64,000 bases of DNA from an uncultured Gammaproteobacteria bacterium (GCA_965231125.1 OZ246414.1:643924-707923); one strand, 5' to 3'; positions 11,966 to 22,500 are shown, counted from the stretch's first letter. The notes: generated from the letters alone by a model not told the origin. Made by a program: numbers and translations.

Positions 11966-14482
11966 ATGGCAAATTCTGAAGACGAATCTCCAAAAGCACC
12001 TGCCGGGGATAGCAATTTAGGCAAAATCACTCCAGTTGAAATAGTGGACGAAATGCAGCGCTCGTATTTGGATTACGCGATGAGCGTTATTGTCTCGCGC
12101 GCGTTGCCAGATGTCCGCGATGGACTCAAACCAGTCCACCGCCGTATCCTTTTCGCCATGCATGAGCTTGGATTAACACACAGCGCTAAATACCGCAAAA
12201 GTGCCACTGTTGTCGGGGAAGTTTTAGGAAAATACCACCCGCACGGAGACGCCCCAGTCTACGACGCTTTAGTGCGTCTAGCTCAAGATTTCGCCATGCG
12301 CTACCCCTTGGTAGACGGTCAGGGAAACTTTGGTTCCGTGGACGGCGATCCACCCGCCGCCATGCGTTATACCGAGGCTAGAATGGCAGAAATCGCCAAC
12401 GAGCTTTTGGACGACATTGAAAAAGATACCGTCAATTTTGCCGACAATTTTGACGCGACGAGGAAAGAACCAAACCCGCTTCCCGGAAAACTTCCAAACC
12501 TTTTGTTGAACGGCTCCGCCGGAATCGCTGTCGGTATGGCCACAAACATTCCACCGCACAACCTGCGTGAAGTTGTCGACGCCACCACCCATTTGATTGA
12601 AAACCCAGAAGCCGATGTCGAGCAATTAATGAAGTTTATTAAAGGACCAGATTTCCCGACGGGTGGGGCAATTTTTGATGCTACCGAAATCACTTCCGCC
12701 TACGCAACCGGAAAGGGGAGAGTAGTGATGCGTGCAAAAGCGGAAATTGAGGAGGATAGAGCTGGTAAGTTTAAAATAATTGTTTCCGAACTTCCTTACC
12801 AAGTTAATAAAGCGCTTCTCATTGCGAGAGTCGCCGAACTTGTAAAAGACAAAAAACTCGAAGGAATCTCGGACTTGCGCGATGAATCAGACAGGCGCGG
12901 GATGAGAATTGTTTTTGAGCTAAAACGGGAGGCCAAACCAAAAAACCTCCTCAACCAGCTTTACAAACACACTTCTATGCAACTTGCCTTCAACGTTAAC
13001 ATGGTGGCTTTGGTAAACGGTACACCGCAAACTCTCACTTTAAAAAAAGTTCTAACTGAATACATTCGCCACCGCCAAGAAGTTGTTACTCGTCGCAGTA
13101 AATTTGAACTAGAAGCTGCAAAAAGAAGAGCCCATATTTTGGAAGGGTTGAAAATCGCTCTCGATCATCTGGATGCCGTGATTAAAACCATCCGCGAATC
13201 CGCCAATGCGGATGTCGCCAGAGCCAACCTGATGAAGCGCTTTAAGCTAACGGAGGTTCAAGCAACGGCTATTCTGGACATGCAGCTTCGCCGTCTCGCC
13301 GCCCTGGAAAGAAAACAAATTGAAGATGAATACAAGGCGGTTTTAAAAACAATTGCTTATTTGGAAAGCCTTTTGGCTTCACCAAAAAAGATCTTGGCAG
13401 TCATTAGTAAGGAACTAACCGAAATAAAAGAAAAATATGGGGACGATCGCCGCACGCGAGTCTACCAACAAGGAGTAGGTGATTTTTCCGAAGAAGATCT
13501 TATCCCTTCCGAACAAGCGATTGTCACCGTAACCCGCGAAGGTTACATAAAGAGAAGCCCGGTCTCCACTTTCCGCACCCAAGCCCGCGGGGGCAGGGGA
13601 GTCTCCGGCCTAACTATGAAGGATGAAGATATTGTGGCAAATTTTTTCTCGGCTAACACCCACGACTCAATAATGTTTTTTTCCAATAAAGGTAAAGTCT
13701 ACCAACTAAAAATTTACGACCTACCAGAAGGCTCGCGAGCCTCCAAAGGACAAGCAGTGGTAAACTTGATTGAAATCGAACAAGGCGAAAAAATAACCTC
13801 CATTGTTAACATTTCCAAAAACATTAAATCGGGTTTCTTATTCATGGCCACAAAAAAGGGAATTGTGAAAAAAACGGCCCTGGCCGAATTTGCCAATATT
13901 CGCCGCAGCGGAATCATTGCCATAAACCTGCAGGGCGGGGATGAGCTTTCGTGGGTTACGTTAACCGGGGGTAGTAACAATATAATAATGGTAACCAAAA
14001 ATGGAATGTCAATTTACTTTGTGGAAAGCCAAGTGCGCAATATGGGCCGCCCAACTGCTGGTGTCGTCGGAATAAAACTTAAGAGGGAGGATGAACTGGT
14101 TTGTATGGATAAAGCCGCAAAGGAAGATATGCTTTTGGTAGTGACTGAAAAAGGTTTTGGTAAAAGAAGTAAAATAGCCGATTGGCCAACTCAAAAAAGA
14201 GCCGGCTCCGGAGTAAAGGCCGCCGAAATAACCTCTCGAAACGGAAAAATAATGGCGGCGATTGTGCTTTCAAAAGAGGATAATGATTTTGTAATTACTT
14301 CCGAAATGGGACAAGTAATTAAATCTCCAATCAAAGATGTGTCCCTCTTAACTCGTCAGACCCAAGGCGTGATTTTAATTCGCCTGGCTAATAAAGACGA
14401 CAAAGTTGCGGCCGTTACTTCTATACTTAAAGAACCAAAGTTAGGAAAGGATAAAGAAATTAAAGTTTTGGGCGAAGCCTAA
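11966..14482 (+). CDS. gyrA: DNA gyrase subunit A
   Basis: [36 protein letters not shown], active-site Tyr region, C-terminal beta-pinwheel repeats. 838 aa. Confidence 0.95.
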   Translation: MANSEDESPKAPAGDSNLGKITPVEIVDEMQRSYLDYAMSVIVSRALPDVRDGLKPVHRRILFAMHELGLTHSAKYRKSATVVGEVLGKYHPHGDAPVYDALVRLAQDFAMRYPLVDGQGNFGSVDGDPPAAMRYTEARMAEIANELLDDIEKDTVNFADNFDATRKEPNPLPGKLPNLLLNGSAGIAVGMATNIPPHNLREVVDATTHLIENPEADVEQLMKFIKGPDFPTGGAIFDATEITSAYATGKGRVVMRAKAEIEEDRAGKFKIIVSELPYQVNKALLIARVAELVKDKKLEGISDLRDESDRRGMRIVFELKREAKPKNLLNQLYKHTSMQLAFNVNMVALVNGTPQTLTLKKVLTEYIRHRQEVVTRRSKFELEAAKRRAHILEGLKIALDHLDAVIKTIRESANADVARANLMKRFKLTEVQATAILDMQLRRLAALERKQIEDEYKAVLKTIAYLESLLASPKKILAVISKELTEIKEKYGDDRRTRVYQQGVGDFSEEDLIPSEQAIVTVTREGYIKRSPVSTFRTQARGGRGVSGLTMKDEDIVANFFSANTHDSIMFFSNKGKVYQLKIYDLPEGSRASKGQAVVNLIEIEQGEKITSIVNISKNIKSGFLFMATKKGIVKKTALAEFANIRRSGIIAINLQGGDELSWVTLTGGSNNIIMVTKNGMSIYFVESQVRNMGRPTAGVVGIKLKREDELVCMDKAAKEDMLLVVTEKGFGKRSKIADWPTQKRAGSGVKAAEITSRNGKIMAAIVLSKEDNDFVITSEMGQVIKSPIKDVSLLTRQTQGVILIRLANKDDKVAAVTSILKEPKLGKDKEIKVLGEA

Positions 14483-14492
14483 AAAAATGTCT

Positions 14493-14512
14493 CCATTCTC
14501 GTGAAAACGAGA
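14493..14512. terminator. bidirectional hairpin between convergent gyrA and glyA
   Basis: TTCTCGTGAAAACGAGAA inverted repeat with flanking A/T runs. Confidence 0.4.
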
Positions 14513-14514
14513 AT

Positions 14515-15786
14515 CTATGGTAGAGGGAATTTTTTGGTCAGTGTACGAGCCTCTTTAAGAGCTTTTTTATAAACTTTTTCATCTCCCAAACCCTTTACAA
14601 CTTCCAGAATAAATCTACCAATCTCCTTCATTTCCTTTTCCTTCATACCTCGGGTTGTAACCGCCGGCGTCCCCAAACGGATTCCACTAGTCACAAAAGG
14701 TTTCCGGGTCTCGCGGGGAACCGTGTTCTTGTTAACGATGATACCAGATTTTTCTAGGGCGATTTGAACATCTTTACCAGTTGGTCCGTCCGCACCAAAA
14801 TCCACAAGCATCAGGTGATTATCTGTCCCACCGCTCACCAAGCGCAGTCCACCGGCGGACAAAGTTTCGGCTAAGGCGGCCGCGTTTTTTACAATTTGGC
14901 CGGCATATTTCTTGAATGAAGAAGTTGAAGCTTCTTTCAAAGCCACGGCAATTGCCGCCGTCGTGTTGTCGTGAGGCCCTCCCTGAAAACCGGGGAAAAC
15001 AGCCTTATCAATCCTGGTTGCGATTTCCGGGTCATTTGTCATTAACATTGCCCCTCTTGGACCACGTAGAGTTTTGTGAGTCGTTGTCATAATTACGTCA
15101 GCGTAGCCGACCGGTGTCGGGTGCACACCGGCAATAATTAATCCGGAGATATGGGAAATATCGGCTAAAACTTTGGCGCCAACACTGTCCGCCACTTCTC
15201 TAAACTTTTTCCATTCGACGACCCTCGAGTAGGCGGTGAAACCACAAACGATAACTTTTGGTTTGTGCTCTTTTGCAAGTTTCAATAGATCGTCAAATTT
15301 TATTCTTTCCGTTTCCGGATCCACAATATAAGGGACTGCGTTGAATATTTTCCCTGAGAAATTAACACTTGCACCATGAGTCAGATGCCCTCCACTGGTA
15401 AGAGCAAGACCCATAATCGTGTCACCAGGATCAGCCAGGGCAAAATAGGCGGCTTGGTTTGCGGGGGATCCAGAGTAGGGCTGGACATTAGCAAAATTCA
15501 CATTGAAGACCTTTTTCGCCCGTTCAATAGCCTCTGTTTCTAGCTCATCAACCCAGTGGTTACCAGCGTAGTAGCGTTTGTACGGGTAACCCTCAGAATA
15601 CTTGTTGGTAAAGATAGATCCAGTTGCTTCCAAAACCCCCTTAGAAACATAATTTTCTGAAGGGATTAAATTTATATCCTGCTGCTGCCGTCTTTTTTCG
15701 TTCTTGATTAAATCGTAAATCTTTTTATCCTGGTTTTTTAAACTTGACATTTTTTCTAGGCTATCATAAGAAAATCCAAAAAGCAA
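14515..15786 (-). CDS. glyA: serine hydroxymethyltransferase
   Basis: SEGYPYKRYYAGNHWVDELE and TTTHKTLRGPRG (PLP-lysine region). 423 aa. Confidence 0.95.
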   Translation of the reverse strand: MLFGFSYDSLEKMSSLKNQDKKIYDLIKNEKRRQQQDINLIPSENYVSKGVLEATGSIFTNKYSEGYPYKRYYAGNHWVDELETEAIERAKKVFNVNFANVQPYSGSPANQAAYFALADPGDTIMGLALTSGGHLTHGASVNFSGKIFNAVPYIVDPETERIKFDDLLKLAKEHKPKVIVCGFTAYSRVVEWKKFREVADSVGAKVLADISHISGLIIAGVHPTPVGYADVIMTTTHKTLRGPRGAMLMTNDPEIATRIDKAVFPGFQGGPHDNTTAAIAVALKEASTSSFKKYAGQIVKNAAALAETLSAGGLRLVSGGTDNHLMLVDFGADGPTGKDVQIALEKSGIIVNKNTVPRETRKPFVTSGIRLGTPAVTTRGMKEKEMKEIGRFILEVVKGLGDEKVYKKALKEARTLTKKFPLP

Positions 15787-15814
15787 TTTACCGCGTAACT
15801 TTAGCGGGGTGGGA

Positions 15815-15843
15815 TTGCTATTTCCTATCCTGTAGTGTATAAT
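15815..15843 (+). promoter_or_regulatory. sigma70-like promoter (TTGCTA-17-TATAAT)
   Basis: TTGCTAtttcctatcctgtagtgTATAAT lies about 40 nt upstream of the GGAGGG RBS of the 15883 ORF. Confidence 0.45.
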
Positions 15844-15882
15844 CCGGCGAACTAAAAGGAATTTTTAGTAGGAGGGATCCGA

Positions 15883-16242
15883 ATGTCGTCAATCAAGGAG
15901 GAGATCGAAGCGCACGTCCGAGAGGCAGTGGAAAAACTTTCTCTCATTGACCCTCATGTTCTAGGAATTTCGCTGCTCCAAGCAAGAGGGTTGGGCCAGA
16001 TAAACGAAATGGGAGCGGCCCTGGTTCGTCAAACCGCGGATGGGTTGAGCGATGACATCCGCACCGTCGTTGCCCACCAAAGGAAAATGGAGACAAACGG
16101 ATCTCCAATGACGGGCGCAGAGTGTCAAGAACTCCTAACAGCACCGCTAGAAGGTTTTTTGGCTGGTGTGAAAAATGTATTTGGTGAGCGCGGGGCAGTA
16201 CCAAAAACGCACACCGGCACTCTTGCAGCCAAGTCTGCGTAA
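15883..16242 (+). CDS. hypothetical protein (119 aa)
   Basis: ORF with GGAGGG RBS and promoter, GC-rich (~52%). No recognisable domain. Confidence 0.4.
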   Translation: MSSIKEEIEAHVREAVEKLSLIDPHVLGISLLQARGLGQINEMGAALVRQTADGLSDDIRTVVAHQRKMETNGSPMTGAECQELLTAPLEGFLAGVKNVFGERGAVPKTHTGTLAAKSA

Positions 16243-16258
16243 CGAGGAGGTGAGATTT

Positions 16259-16534
16259 GTGTCCTTCGAAAGAAGGAAACTATACAACAACTTGACGGCG
16301 GCGATGGAGTTGGTTGCCGAGACAGGCGAGTGGAGCGATACAACTGTCTTGGTAGGGGTCACAAACGCACTGGCGAGGAGGGAGATTTCGCTAGACCAAA
16401 AAACCGATATCCTTTCTCTCTGGGACACCCTTAAGGAAGAAGATGATGAAGGTAGAACTCTCAGAAGGTTAAGAGAGAGGTGGTACAGAGATCTCGGTAA
16501 GATCCTTGATCTTACAGGAATAGCCGCTGCCTAA
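16259..16534 (+). CDS. hypothetical protein (~91 aa, GTG start after a GAGGAGG RBS)
   Basis: The frame is open from 16175 and overlaps the previous gene. GAGGAGGTGAGATTTGTG suggests a GTG start just after the previous stop. Followed by a strong terminator. Confidence 0.35.
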   Translation: MSFERRKLYNNLTAAMELVAETGEWSDTTVLVGVTNALARREISLDQKTDILSLWDTLKEEDDEGRTLRRLRERWYRDLGKILDLTGIAAA

Positions 16535-16545
16535 CCCAAGGCGCA

Positions 16546-16585
16546 CGTAGAACTTTTTACGTGCGCTTTTCTTTTTCATTTAACC
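16546..16585 (+). terminator. intrinsic terminator
   Basis: GCGCACGTAGAACTTTTTACGTGCGC hairpin followed by TTTTCTTTTT. Confidence 0.5.
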
Positions 16586-16660
16586 TTTTAGCTAGGCAGA
16601 AGTTGCCTAGCGCAAGATGCGAGAATACCTGTGAAGCCAAGAAGCTCGAAGGCTTCGAAG

Positions 16661-17587
16661 TTATAGAGCATCCTTATTCCCGGAATGAAACGCGCGGTGG
16701 ACGTCTTTCAGTTGACGATTAGTAATATGAGTGTAAATTTGCGTTGTCGAAATATTGGCATGACCAAGCATTTCTTGGACGCTGCGAATATCCGCACCAT
16801 TAATTAAAAGGTCAGTGGCAAAAGAATGGCGGAGTGTATGAGGAGTCGCTTTAATTGGAATGTGCGCCTGTTTCACATATTTTTCCAAAATGCGTTCTAT
16901 ACTTCGCGGGGTCAATCTCATTTTCTCACCACCACGAGTGGGGTCCTCTTTCCCAGAGTAACGAATAAAAATTGGTTTGAAAACATCTTTTCTTTGAGCG
17001 AGATACTGACCAAGCCAATCCTTGGCGATGTCGGAAAGAAAAACGATTCTTTCCTTACGGCCTTTACCAATAACGCCAAATTCACCTTTATCGATATTGA
17101 CATGCTCTCGGTCAAGCCCGGCTAATTCACTAACACGCAATCCTGTTGAAAACAAAACTTCCAGAATTGCTTTGTCTCGCAAACCGTCAATCTTGGAAAT
17201 ATCCGGTGCGGAAAGTAGCCTGTCTAAATGTTCATCATCAAGCACTTTGATTGGTCGTGGCTCGGCATCACCAAGTTCTACTTTTTCCGCTGCCAAAGTC
17301 TCAATATCATGTTTAGCTAGGTAACGAAGAAAAGCTCGAAGAGCAATAACAAAATAATTTTGGGTAACTTTTTTTAAGGGTAAACCCGTCTTTTCATCGG
17401 CCCAGCGCGCGAGGAAAACCCGGTATTTCCGAACCGATTCATAGGTAATTTCGCCTGGGTCAACGTCGCCGGCAAACGCAAGAAATCGTTGTAGATAGTG
17501 GTCATAGTTACGAATAGTCAGCTGTGAAGCATTGCGTTCTACTTCCAGATATTCCAAAAAGTCGGTGATAAGTTTGGAAAGTTTCAT
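16661..17587 (-). CDS. xerD: tyrosine recombinase, XerD/XerC-like
   Basis: N-terminal SAM-like core-binding domain (FLEYLEVERNASQLTIRNYDHYLQRF). Catalytic domain with GLRVSEL, GKGRKERIV, HTLRHSFATDLL, LGHANISTTQIYTHI (R..H-R-Y). Confidence 0.85.
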   Translation of the reverse strand: MKLSKLITDFLEYLEVERNASQLTIRNYDHYLQRFLAFAGDVDPGEITYESVRKYRVFLARWADEKTGLPLKKVTQNYFVIALRAFLRYLAKHDIETLAAEKVELGDAEPRPIKVLDDEHLDRLLSAPDISKIDGLRDKAILEVLFSTGLRVSELAGLDREHVNIDKGEFGVIGKGRKERIVFLSDIAKDWLGQYLAQRKDVFKPIFIRYSGKEDPTRGGEKMRLTPRSIERILEKYVKQAHIPIKATPHTLRHSFATDLLINGADIRSVQEMLGHANISTTQIYTHITNRQLKDVHRAFHSGNKDAL

Positions 17588-17805
17588 TTGAGGCGGCTTT
17601 TAGTATCAAGAAAACTGCCAACGAGAAGACTAGTAGTGGACCAAGCAATTAGTCCAACAAAACTTGCAAAGTATCCCCGGACTATTGTGTAAGGACCACC
17701 AAGAAAATTACTGGCAATAGAGTAGACGAGAAAAGCGACTAGTAAACCACAGTAGACGGCAGTTGCAATAATTAAAACGAGCCGGATAGTTTTAACAGCG
17801 GACAT
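17584..17805 (-). CDS. small membrane protein (73 aa, 2 TM)
   Basis: Two hydrophobic helices. Its stop overlaps the xerD start (ATGA), suggesting translational coupling. Confidence 0.35.
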   Translation of the reverse strand: MSAVKTIRLVLIIATAVYCGLLVAFLVYSIASNFLGGPYTIVRGYFASFVGLIAWSTTSLLVGSFLDTKSRLK

Positions 17806-17870
17806 TAACTTAATTAAAGCACAAAAAGAGCGAAAAGTCTACATTTTGCGACGCGGTAAGTTCAAAAAGA

Positions 17871-17900
17871 AAAGCCCGGAATTGTCGGAAACAATTCCGG
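17871..17900. terminator. bidirectional hairpin terminator
   Basis: GCCCGGAATTG...CAATTCCGGGC perfect inverted repeat flanked by A/T runs, between the 17909 ORF end and the 17805 ORF start. Confidence 0.5.
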
Positions 17901-17908
17901 GCGAACAC

Positions 17909-18862
17909 TTAGGCTGATATTACGTATCTCACTTCCTCCTGTGTCAAAGAAGCTGTCCAACCTTTGAGATTTTCGATTGCCAGGACCAAACGGTTGATAG
18001 CGTTTTGGATGTGGTACCGACAACGTTCTTGTTGTCCTTCTCTCACCATCTCGGCTGCCCTGCGAAGATGATACTGACACCAAAAACGGTGGTGCCTCAC
18101 TTCCAAGCTGACTAAAGCACCAAGCTCCTGCACTACTTTTTCCAAGTAGTTATCAAAGCCCGGAGCAAAAGCCTGAATCAAAGGTTGATTCACAGCTTCT
18201 CGGAGACTCCTAAGGTACCGGTCCAAGGTGTTAATCTCGACTAGACCTCCAGCGTAGGCAAAAGTTTCCCGAGGAGAAAGTTGGCTACTAACAGAGTCGA
18301 TTTCTTGAAGTCTCGACTCAATCTGCCTATTCAGATCCTCAAGAGATTTTCGCTCCGTTGGGCTCAGTTTTATGGTTCCCATCGCATCCCGAGCAATGTC
18401 TCTCTCTACTGCCGCCATTAGACTACTGCGCCAGCGCTTTTCCAGCGCATAGTTGTGACGAATTTTCACCCGCTGCCGGCGAAGTTTATTCAATCCGGAA
18501 ACAACTTCGTAGATCTGCAAGTACCAGCTGTCGCCAACACGAATAATGGATCGCTCCCGCAATTTTTCGATGTCTGCAAGTGTTGTACTCGACAGGATAT
18601 CTGGCCAAACATCCCAGGTACTGTTTATCTTTATCCAACGGCTGTTGAGAAACGAGCCGGCTGAAATAGTCATCCGCCGGTTTTTCTTCGCTCGGTTCCT
18701 GGATTTTACGGGTGGGAAGGTAGCCCGAAAAGCCTGTAGAACTCGAAGCACCCGGTTAGTCCCATTAGGGACTGCTTTCAAACGTCTGTCACGGATCCAA
18801 GCGCGAACATCTTCCCCTCGTACCTGTAGGTCTTCTCTCCGCTTCATCTCCTTCTCCTTCAA
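17909..18862 (-). CDS. hypothetical Arg-rich protein (317 aa)
   Basis: Long ORF with high GC relative to flanks. Basic N-terminus (KRREDLQVRGEDVRAWIRDRRLK) and a C-terminal Cys/His-containing region (HHRFWCQYH...CRYH). No recognisable family. Confidence 0.45.
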   Translation of the reverse strand: MKEKEMKRREDLQVRGEDVRAWIRDRRLKAVPNGTNRVLRVLQAFRATFPPVKSRNRAKKNRRMTISAGSFLNSRWIKINSTWDVWPDILSSTTLADIEKLRERSIIRVGDSWYLQIYEVVSGLNKLRRQRVKIRHNYALEKRWRSSLMAAVERDIARDAMGTIKLSPTERKSLEDLNRQIESRLQEIDSVSSQLSPRETFAYAGGLVEINTLDRYLRSLREAVNQPLIQAFAPGFDNYLEKVVQELGALVSLEVRHHRFWCQYHLRRAAEMVREGQQERCRYHIQNAINRLVLAIENLKGWTASLTQEEVRYVISA

Positions 18863-18935
18863 ATACCCACCGCAACTACTCTTAGCAGGCGTATTTTATA
18901 TCTAAAAAGCCATTTTTGCAAATAAGGTAGGTGCA

Positions 18936-19526
18936 ATGTATACTCGTTGGGCTATGGCGAAGATTTTTGAACACATTTTAAATAGAAGCTTAGCCCACGT
19001 AACCCGCTTCAACAACCGGCCGCAACATTTTCCGGAAACTGTCGCGGAGCACTCCTTTTACGTCGCTTATATTGCTCAGATTCTTTGTTGGTTACTTGAG
19101 GAGGCGAAAATAAAAGTTGATGCCGGAAAAGCCCTGCAGATGGCCTTAATCCACGACCAAGAAGAAGGTTTCAGTGGGGATATTTTAAACCCTTTTAAAC
19201 ACTTCAACCAAAAAGTTTACAATGCAATAAAAGAAGTTAATAAGGAAACAATAACGATGATGTTTGAGAGCTTGCCCGAAAAAATGGCTCGCGATTTTGT
19301 AAGTCTTTGGTATGCCGAGACGGAAAGAGATTCGATCGAATCCCAAGTGGTAAAAGTGGCGGATTATTTATCTTTGATAGCAAAGTGTTACGAAGAAATG
19401 GAGACAGGCAACAGTTACTTTACGGGTATTTATAAAAAAGAATTGAAAAATTTAAAGACTTTGGATTACTCCTGGTGGAAAAAAATCCGTGACCAAGTTC
19501 TTTCTGGAGCGGAGAAGCAAGTCTGA
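18936..19526 (+). CDS. HD-domain phosphohydrolase (YfbR-like 5'-deoxynucleotidase family)
   Basis: H...HD...D metal motif: AEHSFYVAY, LIHDQEEGFSGDI, VKVADYLS. Confidence 0.7.
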   Translation: MYTRWAMAKIFEHILNRSLAHVTRFNNRPQHFPETVAEHSFYVAYIAQILCWLLEEAKIKVDAGKALQMALIHDQEEGFSGDILNPFKHFNQKVYNAIKEVNKETITMMFESLPEKMARDFVSLWYAETERDSIESQVVKVADYLSLIAKCYEEMETGNSYFTGIYKKELKNLKTLDYSWWKKIRDQVLSGAEKQV

Positions 19527-19624
19527 AAATGAAACTCGTACCCTATAACGCTTAGGACTGTCCTTGGTGTTATAGGATATTTAACTTCAAATATCATTTG
19601 GTCTCTCACGTCCTCCGTACCACC

Positions 19625-20827
19625 TCATGCTGCTTTTCTTTTTCCGATTTCTAGTAGCACTGCCGGCATTACAGAATCTTTTCCAAATTTTTCCTTAAGG
19701 CGATCAACGCTTTTTTCCAAACCAAACCTTTTTTCCCGAACACTGTCAAACAAGGATTCTTGAACCCATCTGCCAGACGGTTGGCTAAACTGGGAAATCC
19801 CAATCCCGACCAGTCGCAATGGGGTTTTTCCGTCCCAAAGCTCTCTTAACAAAGTTTCACCAATCTCGTAAATTTCTTTCGTGATGTCTGTAGGGTAGGG
19901 AAGCACTCGTTGACGGGAGATGGTGCGAAAATCTCGGTAGCGAATGGCGACGTAAACGCAACGGCCCAAGTGGCCTTCGGCTCTCATCTCTTCACCAACT
20001 TTTTCTGAAAGTTTTTGCAACATCGCCAAAATAAATTGCGGGTCGTTACTATTTTTTTCAAAAGTTTCACTGCGAGAAACTGATTTCGCCGAGAGTCTCT
20101 CCTCAAACCAGACATTATCAACTCCATTGGCAGACCCCCAAATACTGACTACGTGTTTACCTAAAGGCTCAACCTTTTCAAATGGCAAGGACGCTATCTC
20201 TCCCAAAGTTCTGATACGCAGGCGGTGAAAATACTCTTCCATTTTCCGACCAATTCCAGGCAAATCTCGGACTGCTAAGGGAGCCAGAAATTCCTTTTCA
20301 GTTCCAGCCGGGACGTGCGTCAAACTATCTGGTTTTTGAAAATCTGAGGCAACTTTAGCAACTACTTTTGTGGCGGCAATGCCGATAGAGGCGACGATTC
20401 CAACTTCCGCTTTCACTTGTTCTTTAATTCTCTTGGCGACTTCTACCAAGTCTGGGTAAATCCAATCCGTCCCGGAAAAATCCAAAAAAGCTTCATCAAT
20501 CGAAACTTGCTCTACTTTTGGGGCGTATCGGGCGCAAATCGAAAAGACTTGATTAGACGCTTTTACATATTCGTCGTAGTGACCACCGACAACAATACAA
20601 CTTGGACAAAGTTTTAAAGCTTGAAAAAGGGGCATGCCGCTTTTGGCACCAAAGACTCGCGCTTCGTAAGAAGCAGTGGCAACAACACCGCGAGGAACGC
20701 TGCGCCCGTGCGGGTCCACCCGACCAACTAAAATTGGTTTTCCTTTTAAAGACGGGTTTAGCTTTTGCTCAACGCTAGCGAAAAAAGCGTCCAGATCTAG
20801 ATGCATCCAAGAAGCTCTGGCAGACAT
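19625..20827 (-). CDS. dinB: DNA polymerase IV (Y-family)
   Basis: MHLDLDAFFASVEQ catalytic Asp motif; VASIGIAATKVVAKVASD; little finger domain. Probable start is MSARAS with a GGAGAA RBS; the ORF is open to 20881. Confidence 0.9.
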   Translation of the reverse strand: MSARASWMHLDLDAFFASVEQKLNPSLKGKPILVGRVDPHGRSVPRGVVATASYEARVFGAKSGMPLFQALKLCPSCIVVGGHYDEYVKASNQVFSICARYAPKVEQVSIDEAFLDFSGTDWIYPDLVEVAKRIKEQVKAEVGIVASIGIAATKVVAKVASDFQKPDSLTHVPAGTEKEFLAPLAVRDLPGIGRKMEEYFHRLRIRTLGEIASLPFEKVEPLGKHVVSIWGSANGVDNVWFEERLSAKSVSRSETFEKNSNDPQFILAMLQKLSEKVGEEMRAEGHLGRCVYVAIRYRDFRTISRQRVLPYPTDITKEIYEIGETLLRELWDGKTPLRLVGIGISQFSQPSGRWVQESLFDSVREKRFGLEKSVDRLKEKFGKDSVMPAVLLEIGKRKAA

Positions 20828-20949
20828 AATTTTATTCTCCGAAAAGTGCCCGAAAAAGTCAATCCGAACAAACTGTATCATTTGACGTTGATCTAATTGA
20901 AATAGATGAATTTAGTTACGAGGAATGCTTAGCACAGCGCATCATAATA

Positions 20950-21120
20950 TAGGTGTGATATAATTCGCTCGCTGGAAGTAGGAGAGTAGTTCTGGCATCT
21001 CAACGGGTGTTGAGAAGGCAGCTTGGGTCTCTAAGCAATGCGGGTTGCCCGAACCCTAGAGTAGTTCGCACCCTGGTTGCCAACCATTTAACAACAAAAA
21101 ATACGAAAGGAGAAAGAACC
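20950..21120 (+). promoter_or_regulatory. long GC-rich structured 5' leader of the KAS gene
   Basis: -10-like GATATAAT at ~20952, then ~160 nt with hairpins CTCAACGGGTGTTGAG and GGGTTGCCCGAACCC before the AAGGAG RBS. Confidence 0.3.
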
Positions 21121-22434
21121 TTGTCACAACTAGACGAGTACTTCAAGAACCACCCGTTTAGACCAGGTTACCGAGTAGCGGTTGTGGGAACGGGAGCAGT
21201 GACGCCAATTGGCAATGACGTACTCACTTTCTGGGAAGGTTTACTAACTCAGAAGTGTGGCATTCAAAAGCTCGAGTTCCTTCACCCAAGCGTCCGTTGC
21301 TTGGTAGGCGGCTTGGTAAATTTCGACGAGGAAGGGTTCCGACAAGAGGAAATGGGCCCGGACAACAAAACCCCGCAGGGGAGGGCTATCGAAAGGGCAG
21401 AAAGAGCAAGTCTGCTTGGCTTGATGGCCGTTCGCGAAGCAACCAAACAGTGCCGGCTTCCCCGGGAGCTTTATGAACACACCGGCCTTCTCATCGGCAG
21501 CAATATTGCCGCAGCGGATAAAGTTGGCCTGGCGTATGCACAGTACGACGAGAACCCAAGATCCGTTAATGCCCTGTTGGCCATGCAAGGTATGCCCAAC
21601 GCTACGACCGGAGTTGTGTCCATAGTAGATGGTTTCCAGGGCGGGGGTTTTTCGCCTGCTTCGGCTTGCGCTACTGGGTCTCACGCCATCGGCCAGGGCT
21701 TCCTTTGGGTGAATGATGGAGTAGCCCCGGTAGTAATTGCCGGCGGGTGCGAATCCAGTTTCGTTCCACCTCTGCTCGCAAGCTTTGCTAATGTGCGAGC
21801 CACAACTGCGGATTACAACGACGAGCCCCTAAAAGCGTCAAGACCGTTTGATGCAAAGCGAAGTGGGTTCGTTCCGAGTGAAGGAGCAGGGGTGTTGGTA
21901 CTTATGACCGTTGACTTGGCAAAAGACCTGGGCCTTCCTATCTTGGCGGAATTGGTAGGTTACGGTCAAAGTTTCGACGCTCAGGACATGATGAACCCGA
22001 CTGGAGAAGGGGCCGCCAAGGCTATCCAACGGGCGTTGTGTGTAGCCAACCTTGTCGCTGGAATAAACGCCGAAGACGTAGACTACGTCAACGCTCACGC
22101 AACCTCCACACCTCAAGGTGACTCGGCTGAAGACGCCGCCATCAAACTAGCGCTGGGGGAAGACAAGGCTTACCAAACTCCAGTTTCATCGATCAAAGCG
22201 CAGATCGGCCACACCATGGGCGCTGCCGGTGGGGTGGAAAGCATTGCCACCATCATGGCTTTGCGGACAGGAATTCTTCCACCAACTGGAAATCTGGAAT
22301 TTCCAGACCCAGAGTGCGACCTGGATCACGTTTCTTCCGGACCACGCGAAACCAACCCGAGGGTTGCCGTCAAGAACTCCTTCGGTTTTGGCGGTACCAA
22401 TGCGAGCTTGGTATTTAAAGGGTGGGAAGAGTAG
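21121..22434 (+). CDS. beta-ketoacyl-ACP synthase I/II family (Cys-His-His KAS)
   Basis: Thiolase fold with active-site motifs ACATGSHAIGQG, NAHATSTPQGD, KAQIGHTMGAAG and C-terminal GFGGTNASLVF. TTG start with an AAGGAG RBS; the ORF is open from 21007. GC ~56%. Confidence 0.85.
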   Translation: MSQLDEYFKNHPFRPGYRVAVVGTGAVTPIGNDVLTFWEGLLTQKCGIQKLEFLHPSVRCLVGGLVNFDEEGFRQEEMGPDNKTPQGRAIERAERASLLGLMAVREATKQCRLPRELYEHTGLLIGSNIAAADKVGLAYAQYDENPRSVNALLAMQGMPNATTGVVSIVDGFQGGGFSPASACATGSHAIGQGFLWVNDGVAPVVIAGGCESSFVPPLLASFANVRATTADYNDEPLKASRPFDAKRSGFVPSEGAGVLVLMTVDLAKDLGLPILAELVGYGQSFDAQDMMNPTGEGAAKAIQRALCVANLVAGINAEDVDYVNAHATSTPQGDSAEDAAIKLALGEDKAYQTPVSSIKAQIGHTMGAAGGVESIATIMALRTGILPPTGNLEFPDPECDLDHVSSGPRETNPRVAVKNSFGFGGTNASLVFKGWEE

Positions 22435-22454
22435 AGAAGACACACGGACCAAAA

Positions 22455-22500
22455 GCCCTGCAGCTGGTTTGCAACCGCAAACTTTGCTGCAGGGCTTTAA
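22455..22500. terminator. convergent hairpin terminator
   Basis: AAGCCCTGCAGCTGGTTTGCAACCGCAAACTTTGCTGCAGGGCTT long inverted repeat between the KAS and SNase gene ends. Confidence 0.5.

Noticed and set aside
12278-14273. Minus-strand ORFs of 61-115 aa inside gyrA
   Set aside because: Antisense to gyrA, so treated as spurious.
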